Assembly (NCBI GenBank): GCA_043228905.1
Contig: JBHGNT010000009.1
Location: forward strand, 8,246,001-8,310,000
Reading direction: 5' to 3'
DNA from: Azolla caroliniana
Lineage: Eukaryota; Plantae; Polypodiophyta
DNA length: 64,000 bases
In this document: piece by piece, positions 1-12,423 of the stretch
How positions within the stretch are numbered: the first letter of the stretch is position 1
Layout of the letters: each line of letters begins with the position of its first letter
The notes under the pieces: generated by a model
The model's input: only the letters and a program-made list of their open reading frames with translations
The model's database searches: none
What the model was told of the DNA's origin: nothing
Program-made: the position numbers and the translations under genes

Positions 1-3000
1 GAAGTTAGAGGCGTTTTCCAAAAGGTGAAAAAGTAGGAAAAAACGCATACAAAGGCAAAGAAAGCAAGGTAGAGAAAAAGCCTCATAACTTCTTCATCTC
101 ATGTCCAAATTTCAAAAGAAAAGATTCCTAAGAAATCTAACAAAGAGAGATTTCTTGTATTATAAATTTAGATGACAAACCAGAAATAATGATATGAAAA
201 ATGCATCACACAAACTCGAGGATATAAGAAAAAAGCAAGAATAACGCAACTAAAAACCTATAAATATGAGGGTATTCTTAACAATAGAAAGGGAGGATAG
301 AATATCTTCAAGAAGAAGTGAGGAAGAATAAGAAGATTAGAAGAAGTGAGAAGAAGATTAGTTGAAGAAAGAGAGAAGAAGGAAAGACTATTTTGGCTAA
401 TAGTACATTGAAGTAGTTATTTGGGGTTGTTAGTTTTGGAATCTAAGAGGATTGTATTGTTTTCCTAATAGTATATTGAAGTATTATTTTCTCTTCCTCT
501 TCTCTTCTTTATCTTTTTTCTTTCTCTCATCCTCATTTTGGCACTCCAGGGAGGATTGATTCTTTCAGTACCAGAGGGAAGGCATGTTCTGTTTGTAGCT
601 AATATGGCTTTTCAATTTGCCTTTGCAGGTGATGGGATTCAAGATGTGGGAGCATTCTTGGCCGCCTTCAAACATCATGAAAAATATCAATAGGGAAGAT
701 GATGATTTTGAGAAACTTCCTCTATTGGTGGCTACTTTTTATGGACGAGCAAGGGATCCTTGCTACTAAACCAACAATTGGTAAAACAATTTAAAGCTAA
801 GTATATTCGATGCCGAAATGTGGTTGAAGTGCGAGAGGAACTCTTTCTTTTACGAATGTCATCAACAATGGACAATATCGATTATGAGAGGGAATTTTTT
901 GACCTCTGGACTACATTGATTCTACTACGTGGTGGAACGGAGGATGAATGGTTTAAGATGGACCGCTTCAAAGTAGGATTAAGTCCACACTTTGCATTGG
1001 AGGCAAATCTAAAGGATCCTACAACTTTCCAAGCGCTTATCCAACTTGTCAAGACTATAATAGACAAATCCAAGTTCTACAAGCGAGAGTGAATTCAACG
1101 GTTGCAACATTTAAATCTCCTATTCTTCAACAATCACCAATTGTGTATGGAGATAAAGTATTCCCTAATATTTTTACGACATATTAACCTAATATTCCGG
1201 TGATGCAAGAAGTTACTCAACCTAAGGTGGAAGGAGGTTTCTTGGTGCAAGTAAATCAACGTCTCGATGAAATCTCTCAACAAATCCAAACATGCAAGCA
1301 AATTTTAATGTAATTCAAACTCGCAATGTTCCAAGACAAAGGAAAGTGATTGTGTGCTACACATGTGGTGTTGAGGGACATATATCTACACAATGTCCTT
1401 CATCACGACAAGGTGATTGGGGTCAAGGCATGTATCAATTTCAAAGTAAACAAAACAACACTAGCAAAACTTTCACCAGCTCAACAACCATGTTGGAGAG
1501 GAAAGAACTGTAGTGCAAATTCCAACAAGTCCCCCTAAGGTAAATCTGCTTGATTTTGTGTGTGATATAGTTGAAGATTGTGATGTTGCATGCAATAAGA
1601 CAACTAGTGCATCACATAAAAATAAAGAGTTGGAAGGAGAGTCTAATAACTCTCAACAAAAGAAGAAGTCTAAGGAGACTAACTTGGAGGATGGATCTAG
1701 AAAGAAACATCCGCAAAGAAAGATTAAAACTGATGATATGCCGATGCGGAAAGGTGTGGAACCGTTCGATCTCAAGAAAAAGCTAATCTCTAGTGGAACT
1801 CGTATCATTTGGCCACAACTTCTTCAACTTTCTCCATTGCTAAAAAAGGAGTGGGGACGTGTATCGAGTATACAACAAAGTATAAAGACATTACATTGTG
1901 CGAAGATTGTGCATGTGGAAGATCGAAAGGATATTCAACCCACTATTCCGGTAACCATTAAAGGTCTTTTAATTAAGGATGCCTTAGTAGATAATGGTAT
2001 TAGAATTGATCCTACATCTAATGTTGTAGTGAGTAAGATTGGAAATCCTATCTATCAAAAATCCTCTATCAAGGTAGACATAGTTGATGGATGTTTAACC
2101 TCTCATTATGGAGTTATAAAGGATGTTGAGTGTTTTGGCATATCTATTTCCATGGATTTACATGTAATACTCCTTAAAGGGTCATCTTGTTCCTCAGTGT
2201 TAGTAAGACCTTCGATGCAAGAATTACATAATTGGAGTATGATGAAATTATCACCATAGAAGGGGTTTAACATCTTCTATGACTTGTATCTACAACGAGT
2301 AATCAAATGTATAGAGGAGAAGGAAACATCTATCGATTATGGAAAGCAAGAAGAAACTAGTGATGGATCAGGGAAAAGAAATTGTTCCACATGGTGTCTA
2401 CGGATGAAGGAGAAGTCATTGAAGAATGTATTATCACCTTAAAGGGAAAAAAGAAGAAGATTTCAAATGATGTCCATGGAGGAGAGGATCTAAGGTTTAT
2501 GTCTCCTCTTTCTAAGTTTCCAAAGTTATTCATAAATGATTATTCACAGATAAGAGGAGAAGGCATCAAGCACCACATCAAGTTGAAGGAAAGCATACCA
2601 ATTGCCTAAAAGCTTCGACGATTCGAGATTGTGCAAAAGGAAGACATTATAACGGAGTTCAACGCATTATCTCAAGCGAGTTTCATTTATCATATGGAGG
2701 ATTTGAAGTGTGTCTCACCCATTGTTGCGAGTTTCAAAAAGGAAAAAACGCATACAAAGGCAGAGAAAGCAAGGTAGAGAAAAAACCTCATAACTTCTTC
2801 ATCTCATGTCCAAATTTCAAAAGAAAAGATTCCTAAGAAATTTGACAAAGAGAGATTTCTTGTATGATAAATTTAGATGATAAACCATAAATAATGATAT
2901 GAAAAACGCATCACACAAACTCGAGGATATAAGAAAAAAGCAAGAATAATGCAACTAAAAACCTATAAATATGAGGGTATTCTTAGCAATAGAAAGGGAT

Positions 3001-3241
3001 GAATAGAATATCTTCAAGAAGAAGTGAGGAAGAATAAGAAGATTAGAAGAAGTGAGAAGAAGATTAGTTAAAGAAAGAGAGAAGAAGGAAAGACTATTTT
3101 GGCTAATAATATATTGAAGTAGTTATTTGGGGTTGTTACTTTTGGAATCTAAGAGGATTGTATTGTTTTCCTAATAGTATATTGAAGTATTCTTTTCTCT
3201 TCCTCTTCTCTTCTCTATCTTTTTTCTTTCTCTCATCATCA
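1..3241 (+). mobile_element. Internally deleted Ty3/Gypsy LTR retrotransposon (5' LTR runs off the left edge)
   Basis: ~500-bp direct repeat 35-535 / 2740-3241, both copies ending ...CA. PBS-like TTTTGGCACTCCAGGG follows the first copy. Degraded gag/PR/RT start lies between the copies. Confidence 0.8.
604..2730 (+). pseudogene. Degraded gag (zinc knuckle) - aspartic protease - RT N-terminus
   Basis: CYTCGVEGHISTQC CCHC knuckle (ORF 1292-1513), DALVDNG protease-like motif, and GIKHHIKLK...VSPIV RT start. Several stops and frameshifts. Confidence 0.75.
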
Positions 3242-3609
3242 CTATCAAATGTTCAAACCAAGCACATCAGCAATGAAGACAAGAAGGTAGTACTTTATGG
3301 AATATTAAATGATCCATCGATAAAGGAGTTTGTTAATTGTGATGGTCTTAATGCAAACATAACATATGTACTAGTAAATAATCTTCGTAATAGTTTCGTA
3401 TCCATGAGCCAGATAGAAGATGGTCTTGTCTAATGATGTTACTTAATAGTGATGTTGCCGATCTTAACATCAATGTGCTATATAAGGTAATTGGTGTTAG
3501 TAGAAAAACTGTGTACAATACAATGAACCAGATAATTTCAAGTAGTGAAGGAACTAGTCTAATAAAGCTAACAACAAGACACCCATAACATCATAAATCA
3601 AGGCTATAA

Positions 3610-5513
3610 TCACCATATTTTGGACAAATGAGAGTAGGGTTTCACCCAATAAGAAGGATTTATGGAGGAAATGTGTTGGAAGGAGTCAATACGAGGAGCA
3701 TCCCATTCCTCTTCTTGATGTGCCTCAGGTATTTACAATTATCTCAACTTTTGTTTTGATTTTTGAGCTTAGTTAGTTAGCTTATTAGCTACCTCAGAAT
3801 ATGACCATAGCTAACTAGCTACTGGTAATAGCTAAAGAGCTATTTCCAATAGTAAACTTAACTATTATCAAATAATTAGTTATCTCAGAATATGACCATA
3901 GCTAACTAGCTACTGGTAATAGCTAAATAACGATTGCCAATAGCTAATTTAGCTATTATCAACTAATTACCTAGCACAATAACTAATTAGCTATCTTAGA
4001 ATATAACTATGGCTCACTAGCTATTGGTAATAACTAAATAGTTATTGCCAATAGTAAACTTAGCTATTGTCAGCTAATTAACTAATTTAGCTAATTTAGC
4101 TATTATAAGCTAATTAGCTATCACAATAGTTAATTATCTACCTCAAAATATGACCATTAGCATCCAAATATCAAAGTTCAACTACGAACATTCGAGTCTC
4201 TTAAGCCACACTTTGTGAGATGCTTAAAGGATCGATACACATGTTGTTGCATTTACCATGTACAAATGGGTTTTCTCAAGGACTCAGTTAATCTACTACG
4301 TCACCATAGCTCCTCCCTAGAGGATGCAATCTGCATTTGTGAGTGCCCAATTTGTCGATCTAGCCCGCAAGAGCACTATAAATCATCAGAGCATGTTATC
4401 TCTTCCATGAGTGGTCTTTTAGCTTCAGTATTGTGTCCTAGAGAATCTGAGTTTATCTTCCACAGTCATAAATGTGCCATGGGTTTATGTCAAGATTGTG
4501 GCCCTATTAGATTTAGGTGCTGTCCAAAAGAGTTGAGTAGGGAAATATTAATCTCTCTCAAGTTATTTAGGTCTGTGGACACCAATTTGAAAGGAAAGAT
4601 GTGTAAAAGAAAGGATCTAGTTAGGAAGTCGCTTAAACCAAGGGATTTGGCGTCTCTATTTGTAGTATCTCTAGGAAAGTTCATTAAACACAACTTCATT
4701 TATTCATGGCAGGCTCATCAATTTAAGACTTGCATATCTGATTTTCCAAATGATGTAGTAGTCTTAGTAGTAGATTTTGCAAAGAATTATACTTTCAAGA
4801 AACAGAATGAAATTCAATCCATGCATTGGTGTTCAATGCAAGTAACCATTTTTGTGCACATAACATATTTTCGAGTTTCAGGTGATGTTAAGAAAGTAAT
4901 TCATTTTTTTATTTCTGATGATAAGAAGCATGATACCTTGTTTGTCCAACACTATTTTAAGTTACATTGGCAATGGTTATTATGTCAACGTTTGGAGCTT
5001 ACTCAACATTGGGTGTGGTCTGACGGAATTGCGTCACAATTCAAGGTTAGACGTCCATTTTATTTTGTTGGGAGGTATCCTTCTATAACAGGGTTGGAGA
5101 TGAGATGGAATTTTTTTGGGTCTAGCCATGGTAAAGGTGAACATGATGGAATAGGTACAATTATAAAGCGGGCACTTTTTGATCTTCTTTTTGGGAGTCT
5201 TCTTGGGAGCAGGTGCAGTTATAAAGTAGGTCCATATATTCAGAATTGGGAGTACCATACATTGAATGATAAGGAAGCAGTTGATGGAGAAACAAAAAAA
5301 AATGTTGACTTCACATATCAAGGACGTGGAGATACTCTGAGTGATGTCTTAAACGTTGGGGATAATTTCGTTGTAAATGCAAAAGAAGGCAATTCAAAGG
5401 GTGTTGATTTCTATATATTAAAGTGCACGATTTGTAAACAGTGTGCAACGAAGAATATTGTAGATGCTAATGTGTATGAATGTATATACAACAGTATGTC
5501 ATGGAATTTGTAG
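3610..5513 (+). pseudogene. Sola2-like DDD DNA transposase (probable intron 3729-4160)
   Basis: Motifs SRVSPNKKD, HPNIK..F..LKP, Cys clusters, VDFAKNY..EIQSMHW, ISDDKKHD, WSDG..SQFK and WNFFGSSHGKGEHDG. Family assigned from remembered motif order, not from a search. Confidence 0.7.
3775..4160. repeat. Degenerate TAGCTA-rich tandem repeat inside the putative transposase intron
   Basis: Repeated CTCAGAATATGACCATAGCTAACTAGCTACTGGTAATAGCTAAA-like units at ~3793, 3883, 3995 and 4142. Confidence 0.8.
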
Positions 5514-5574
5514 CTACAAGGAGATCATACTAGTTTTCTTGTAAAACAAGCAAACCACATGTATTGCAAAAAAA

Positions 5575-5830
5575 CAGTTTAATAAAGTCGTTTGGGAGAC
5601 TGTCTTCTTTCTGATATACAATTTTCTTTCTGTTCTTGTTCCTTAATAAAATCATTTGGGAGTCTTCTTTATTATATACAGTCTTCTTTCACAATAAAAT
5701 CGTATGTTTGTTTAATAAAAAATTGTTTAATAAAATCGTGTGTCTTTTTTATATACAATCTTCTTTCTGTTCTTCTTTCTTAAAAAATAGTTTAATAAAA
5801 TCGTTTGGGAGCCTTCTTTCTGATATATAG
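5575..5830. repeat. Short degenerate tandem repeat
   Basis: Repeated TTAATAAAATCGTTTGGGAG(T/C)CTTCTTT...ATATA units between the convergent 3' ends of the two genes. Confidence 0.7.
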
Positions 5831-6090
5831 TTATACTTATTGCAACTTTCAGTCTTAGTGTCTGTTCAATGTGCATAATGACAATTATACTGTCTGGAAT
5901 ACATTTTGGCAATGGTTTTATTACTCTCAAGTGAACCATATACAAGTTCAAACATTTTTCCTAATTTGAAGAAAAAGTAACAACATGAAATCAGAAATCA
6001 TGTATCTACTCTTAAAATTACACAGTATATAATTTACTCAAAACAAGCGATTTAATTCTTCATTGATTAATCTGTCATCAAATTACATAT

Positions 6091-6640
6091 TTATAATACA
6101 CCATTGGCAATGTCTACAAAGCGCCTATAAACAGCGAAGCTCTTGCTGGTCAGTAGAACTTCCCTACATATATGATCTACATACCGAGCTCGGTATGGAG
6201 TCCACAACCACGCAATTAGTTGGCAGCTCAATGTTTTCACCAAGTCGTTATCAGGCATGTTCTCGGGTACAATGAGAGAACATCTGCGAAGATTGAAGTA
6301 ATGCTGGAAATGTTCTGTATCCACAATCAACATATTGTCGGCATTATATTCGGGCAAAGTATCCCAAAAATTAGAAAGTCTTTTGAATCTTGCATTATCC
6401 TTCCGCTCACAATTTTCTCGTGTCCATTGACCCTTGAAATGTTGTCGCCACTTCGGGAAGAATCATTCTACGCACTTCCACACATTTGTATGGGGTTTTT
6501 CACTCCAAATAAACAAATCAGAGTATTGCACAACCTACTCTAGAAATTGATTCGCGTCCCTACTTGGCTACATATATCACACACTGATCAGGACTTTATC
6601 AAGCTCCAAGATCAAGGCTCTTCTTTCGTCTTCTAATGGT
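6091..6640 (-). pseudogene. Degraded FCP1/NIF (HAD-like CTD-phosphatase-type) domain
   Basis: Minus-strand translation across a frameshift: RALILELDKVLI ... RDANQFLE*VVQYSDLFIWS ... FKGQWTRENC ... FKRLSNFW ... YNADNMLIVDTEH. This matches NIF motif order (LVLDLD.TL / RP...FL / IWT / R..C / KDL / N.LIVDD). Confidence 0.55.
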
Positions 6641-7832
6641 TTAAGTTTCCATTCCTATAACTAAGCCTGTGTTACACCAAGTATTGGTAGCACACAATCA
6701 ATTTCAATCAACTCGGGTTCTATCGACACAATTGGTGTCCTTTTCCTCTTCAAACCCCTAGTCAACTGTGTCGTTGGGTCTGCCTTCACCTTGTATTGTT
6801 GTTGTGCAGTCATTGGGCCTGGCTTCACATTGTTTTGCTCTTGTATAGTCACCTCTGTGCATGTAGATACTTCTCTAGTCGATATCAGCCCACTGGTATC
6901 ACATGTTGCATCTACCTACAAAATTAGATCATCTATGCAACATGCTTGATCTACTTGCGTGACCAGATCATTTGTGTTAGTTGTTACATCTACTTTCAAG
7001 ATGGGGCCCTCTAAACACACATCAACATCAACAGTTTCCACATTGCCATCGACCTTAGGAGCAATAGATTCAAACCCTTTAGACTCTACAACATCAGAAA
7101 ACACCAACATATTCACACTCACAAAGTAGCTAACAGTCTCACAAAACAACATAATGAACATGAAATATTTTGCAACAAAATAATAATATTATCTTAATAT
7201 CCATCATAGAGTTCCATTACATAATGTGAATCAAGCAACACCCAATCTAAAGTCTTACTTGTCCAAATAGATCATAGAAAATCTTCATAATTTTCTAGGA
7301 AAATAGCTAATAGTCATATCCCACTAATAAGTAATTGGCAGTAATTAGCTCCAATTCAAGAGCCCCTTGACTGAGTAACTGGTTTTGTCCCCGATCGTGG
7401 CCCCTTCTTCAGCCTTTTTCTAGTCGGTTGCCCATTTAGCCTTGCTTCTTTCACCCATTGTGCAAGTGTCCTCCTCCGACAACCTTTCCATCACCTTAGT
7501 AGAGGCTTGCACGTTAGCCGTGTCTTGCGCTAGCTTTTCAAGTACAATGGGATCTAGTGGAACATCATCAACAATTAGGCTCAGTGGGGTTGAATCAAGG
7601 TTTTGGGATTCGAAGAAATGTTGCATCAAGTGTTCAAAAAAATTGTTGTTATGAACCTCATATTTACATGTAGTTTCCAATAATTCACGCTTTTTACAAC
7701 ATTGCCTAATTCAGTACAATCTTCCAAAAGAATAGGGTGGAGCTGATCTAAAGGAGATGTGATAGCAGGACTCTTACTTTCAACCATGTTGCCAGGTATC
7801 TCATCATCGGTTGCGGCGTCATCGAGACCGGA

Positions 7833-7971
7833 CACATAGAATTTAAATATTGTAAAAATGGTTACATTAATGTCAGGATATCTTCTTTAAAAATAAAAAA
7901 AAACATGAATGAATGGATATATGAATGTACATATGTGTATATATGTAATATGTAATGTATGTATATTTGTA

Positions 7972-8002
<31 letters not shown>

Positions 8003-8698
8003 GCATAATACATATATGTATGTGTGTGTGGATGTTTGTTGTAATATGTATGTATGTGTATGTATAATATATATTGTTTGTAAGCATGAGACTACATTTA
8101 GTAGCGATGCATTCCCTTTTATATCTCTTTCTTTCTCTTGTAGTTCATATGTCCGAGACTACACATTGTAGCCGGGATTTTGTATTTCAATTTTATTCAT
8201 GTTGTATCTCCAACCCTACACTCTATCGCATAGCACGGTGTTATATTTGTCACCGGCTTATGTACTCACCCCTTGTAAAAATCTTTATATTCTAAGCCTT
8301 GCCCCTCCCCAACTTTCTCCTATTTTCAACCCTACCCCTCCCCTACTTTCTCCTATTTCTAGCCCTACCCCTTACCTATTTTTTCCTATTCTCAATCAAA
8401 CCCCTCTCCCACATTATTTTTATTTTTTCTTTAGAATGTTTTCACTTTTATAATTTATCGCTTTTATAGTTTAACTTAAACATTCATACCCCTCATATAT
8501 ATGTACATTAATTTTACATACACATACATACATATTACAAACAAACATCCACACACATATATGCATACACATACAAATATACATACATTATATATTACAT
8601 ATATACACATATATACATTCATTCATGTTCTTTTTTTTTTTTAAAGAAGATATCCTGACATTAATGTAACCATTTTTACAAGATTTAAATTCTATGTG
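7833..8698. mobile_element. Foldback/MITE-like element with ~200-240-bp terminal inverted repeats
   Basis: CACATAGAATTTAAATATTGTAAAAATGGTTACATTAATGTCAGGATATCTTCTTTAA at 7833 is mirrored near-perfectly, ending at 8698. The arms continue into TATG/CATA microsatellite. No TSD seen. Confidence 0.7.
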
Positions 8699-8701
8699 AT
8701 T

Positions 8702-9336
8702 GGGGGGGGGGGGGGGGGGGGGGGGGAACAACCATTCATTTAAGTTTATTCATGCAAGCATACATATTTTATGCATACATTACATATACATATATATTCA
8801 TTCATTCATACATGCATACATTATGTGCACATACATACATACTAAACATAACATTCAAACATTCATGTACAAATGTACATATGTGTATGCATATATGCAT
8901 ATGTAAATGTACATGATTCAATGTATATGGATGTGTGATTGTAATATGTACATAATATCTATGTATATATATCTAATGTATATATGTGTATGTATATGTA
9001 GCAATGTATAAATAAATATATGTATGTCCATGTACGAATGTACATATGTGTATGCATATATCCATATGTAATTTATCTGTGTATGTATGTGTATTCATAT
9101 ATCCATATGACAATGTACATGATTCAATGTGTATGGATGTGTGATTGTAATATGTGCATAATATTTATGTATATATCTAATGTATGTATATGTAGCAATG
9201 TATAAATGAATATAGGTATGTCGATGCACAAATGTACATGTGTATGCATATGTAATGTATGTATGTGTATGCATATATCCATATGTAATGTATGTTGTGT
9301 ATGCATATATCCATATGTAATGTATGTATGTATGTA

Positions 9337-9413
<77 letters not shown>

Positions 9414-9444
9414 ATGTATGTATGTATGTATGTATGTATGTATG

Positions 9445-9477
<33 letters not shown>

Positions 9478-9514
9478 GTGTGTGTGTGTATGTATGTATG
9501 TGTATGTATGTGTG

Positions 9515-9546
<32 letters not shown>

Positions 9547-9736
9547 TGTATGTATGTATGTATGTATGTTGTATATATGTATGTATATATCCATATGTAA
9601 TGTATGTTGTGTATGCATATATCCATATGTAATGTATGTATGTATGTGTGTGTGTGTATGTATGTATGTATGTATGTATGTGTGTGTATGTATGTATGTA
9701 TGTTGTGTATGCATATATCCATATGTAATGTATGTA

Positions 9737-9771
<35 letters not shown>

Positions 9772-9776
9772 ATGTA

Positions 9777-9809
<33 letters not shown>

Positions 9810-9910
9810 ATGTATGTATGTATGTATGTATGTATGTATGTATGTATGTGTGTGTGTGTGTATGTATGTGTGTGTATGTGTGTGTATGTATGTATGTATG
9901 TATGTATGTA

Positions 9911-9966
<56 letters not shown>

Positions 9967-10020
9967 TGTGTGTGTGTATGTGTGTAGGTGTATGCATATA
10001 TCCATATGTCAATGTACATG
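8702..10020. repeat. Poly-G run followed by a compound (TATG)n/(TG)n microsatellite with a recurring GCATATATCCATATGTAAT unit
   Basis: Directly visible. It accounts for the His/Thr/Tyr and Met/Tyr/Val/Cys pseudo-ORFs. Confidence 0.95.
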
Positions 10021-10079
10021 ACTCAGTCCAAAAATCATTAACTTATTAACGAGAGTATTGTTCGGGTATTGTTCCTAGA

Positions 10080-10630
10080 ATGCAACCCAAAAATTTACCA
10101 ATTTATCATTCCTTAATGAGGAAGATAGAACACGACGAAACAAGAATCATTAACTTACTTGGAGGTTCTCCAAATTGTAATTATCGACAGTATTTATAGC
10201 TAGAAGGTCCAAGTTCATTAAACGAACCTGGATCTCTATCTACAGTTGTATTTTCTACTGGGGGCTCCAGCGGCCCCTCAATTTCAAGCTCATGTTGAGC
10301 AACCTATTCCAAATAATGCCTCACTAAGCACATTTTCATGTTCAAGTTATTTATAACATGTTACTTACTAGCAAAACAATAGCTACCTGAATCTTATTTT
10401 TTATTGTTGTCACTACCAAAGTGACTTTGCTCTCTATCGCAACAACCAATGTTGCTTTCTCTAAATCATTCTTTGTTGTCTCTAATGTCTCATAGGCTTC
10501 ATGGACATTTTTCAGCATATAGCTAATCAATGTCTCACATGTATCATCGACATTTGCTTTCATTGTGTTTCGGTGTGGTGTAAACTTGTGGGTTTGTTGG
10601 GAGCCGACAATTGCATCATCAACTGCCATG
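10080..10630 (-). pseudogene. Fragment of an unknown helical/coiled-coil gene (paralog of 57900-58830)
   Basis: ANVDDTCETLISYMLKNVHEAYETLETTKNDLEKATLVVAIESKV aligns by eye with the + strand translation at ~57915-58110. Both share the AACCTCCAA|GTAAG donor-like site. Confidence 0.6.
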
Positions 10631-10725
10631 CTTTAGAACCTTCCGGCATCGTTCTACCGATGCCTCACCATAAATAGCCCAAGCTACCCTGTACATTTCG
10701 GACCTCGACTATGTCAATTACACAC

Positions 10726-11165
10726 TGTCATGATATGGCAAGACTCGAACCCATGACCTTAGGTTATATCGGTCGAGCTCTTAACCATTAGATCATCTAT
10801 TGTAATACGTAGGATATTATTTTCATTTACATTTTCCTATATAGGAAATTAGTGTATATTCCAGATTTCTCTGGAACATTCTAGAAGCTTGAGGATTACT
10901 CCTGAAAACACTATAAAAGAGGGCACTAGGCATTATGTTGAACCAAATTGGTTCAACGCCAGTCTTAAGCCTTTTAGCCACCATTGTATATTCTCTTCAT
11001 ATAATACATATCTTTCTTATCATCACTCTCTCTCTCTCTCTCAATCTCTCTCGTTCTCTCTGTCTCGCTCACTTCTTCCTTCTCTTGAAGAAGTTCCACA
11101 CCTCTCATAGTACTAATCCTTCGTTTAGTACTAATTCCTTCTCTGTCTCAGTACTGTTCATGACA
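10726..11165 (+). repeat. 5' LTR of the chromovirus
   Basis: About 10 differences from the 3' LTR by eye. TATAAAA at 10912-10918. Confidence 0.95.
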
Positions 11166-11239
11166 GTTTGAACCAATTTGTCCTACCTTCTGTCTCTCTC
11201 ATTTCCTACTAATCTTTTATTCCTCTTTTCTTTCATCCC

Positions 11240-12397
11240 ATGGCCACTGTTAGTGCTGAAGAATATCAATCTGTTTTCTCGGAATTTCAATGCTTGAAGG
11301 AGAAGTTCCATGCTTTGGAACAAGAAAACCAATGGTTGTTGGGGGATCTTCAGCAAATCTCCTTAGAAAAGCAGCAAACGCAACAACATGGGGAACTTGC
11401 GTTACGCGTGCAACAACTCGAAGCAACCATCGTAGCGATGCAACAACAAGGGCCCGGAAAACAAGGGATTCATAAAGAACCCAAGATTGGCCTTCCCACG
11501 AAGTTCAATGGAACGTGATCACAGTTTAGAGGGTTCCTTAACCAGGTACGATTAGTTATTCAAATGCATCCTTCCCGATATCCCACCGATGCATCACGAG
11601 TGGGTTTAGTAGGCACTTTGTTAAGTGGCTCAGCGTTGTCATGGTTCGCTCCAATATTAGAAAAGGAATCTCCGTTACTCAACAATTTTGAAGAGTTTCT
11701 AGGTGATTTTAAAGCATGTTTCGGAGATACTGACAGCATCAGGACCGCAATCAACAAAATCCGACGATTACGCCAAGGTGACCGTCCAGCCTCCGCATAC
11801 GCTGCAGATTTTCACCTACCCGCCGCCGATATCCCTTGGGATGATCAAGCGTTGATGGAGCAATTCCGTTATGGTTTACGCAACGACGTCAAGGATTTAC
11901 TATTGACCTTCCCCGAAGAGCCAAAGTCCTTAACAGAAGCAATCAGTCGCGCGGTGAGATGTGACAACCGCCTCTTTGAGCGACGTTCGAAACGACAGCT
12001 ACAGATACCGAGGGCAAGATCAGAGCCCACATACGCCTCAGTGGTAGCAAGACCTTTTCCGAGGGAGTCATATAATGCGCCTCCAGCGAATACTTCGACT
12101 CCGATGGAGATTGACACTACACGTCGTCCAGGGCCATTATCCGAAGAAGAAAAGCAGCGATGCTGTACAAATCGACTATGTCTTTACTGCGGTGGACCAG
12201 GACATATCGCAATAAATTGCCCCCATAGGCCAAGAAGACAGGTAAACCAAATACTCGCTAGTTCTAATTGTACTAAATTCGAGCCTATTTCAGTAGGGAT
12301 CTCTAATAGTCCTAATAGTACTAATAGTACTAATATCCCAGATCTAGCAAACAAATTTGATATCCTTAGTCAGTTAGAAGAAGAGTTAAATGACTAA
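11240..12397 (+). pseudogene. Chromovirus gag (PEG10/RTL1-like capsid, CCHC knuckle), in-frame stop at 11516
   Basis: EPKIGLPTKFNGT*SQFRGF, LRQGDRPASAYAADF, PMEID and CLYCGGPGHIAINC. Confidence 0.9.
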
Positions 12398-12423
12398 GTT
12401 CCGCCAAAATAGGAGCCGTTTGG

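Noticed and set aside
9020-10049. Long His/Thr/Tyr and Met/Tyr/Val/Cys ORFs
   Set aside because: Translations of the TATG/TG microsatellite.
10733-10800. Functional tRNA gene
   Set aside because: Acceptor and anticodon stems do not pair, so it is reported only as a tRNA-like module.
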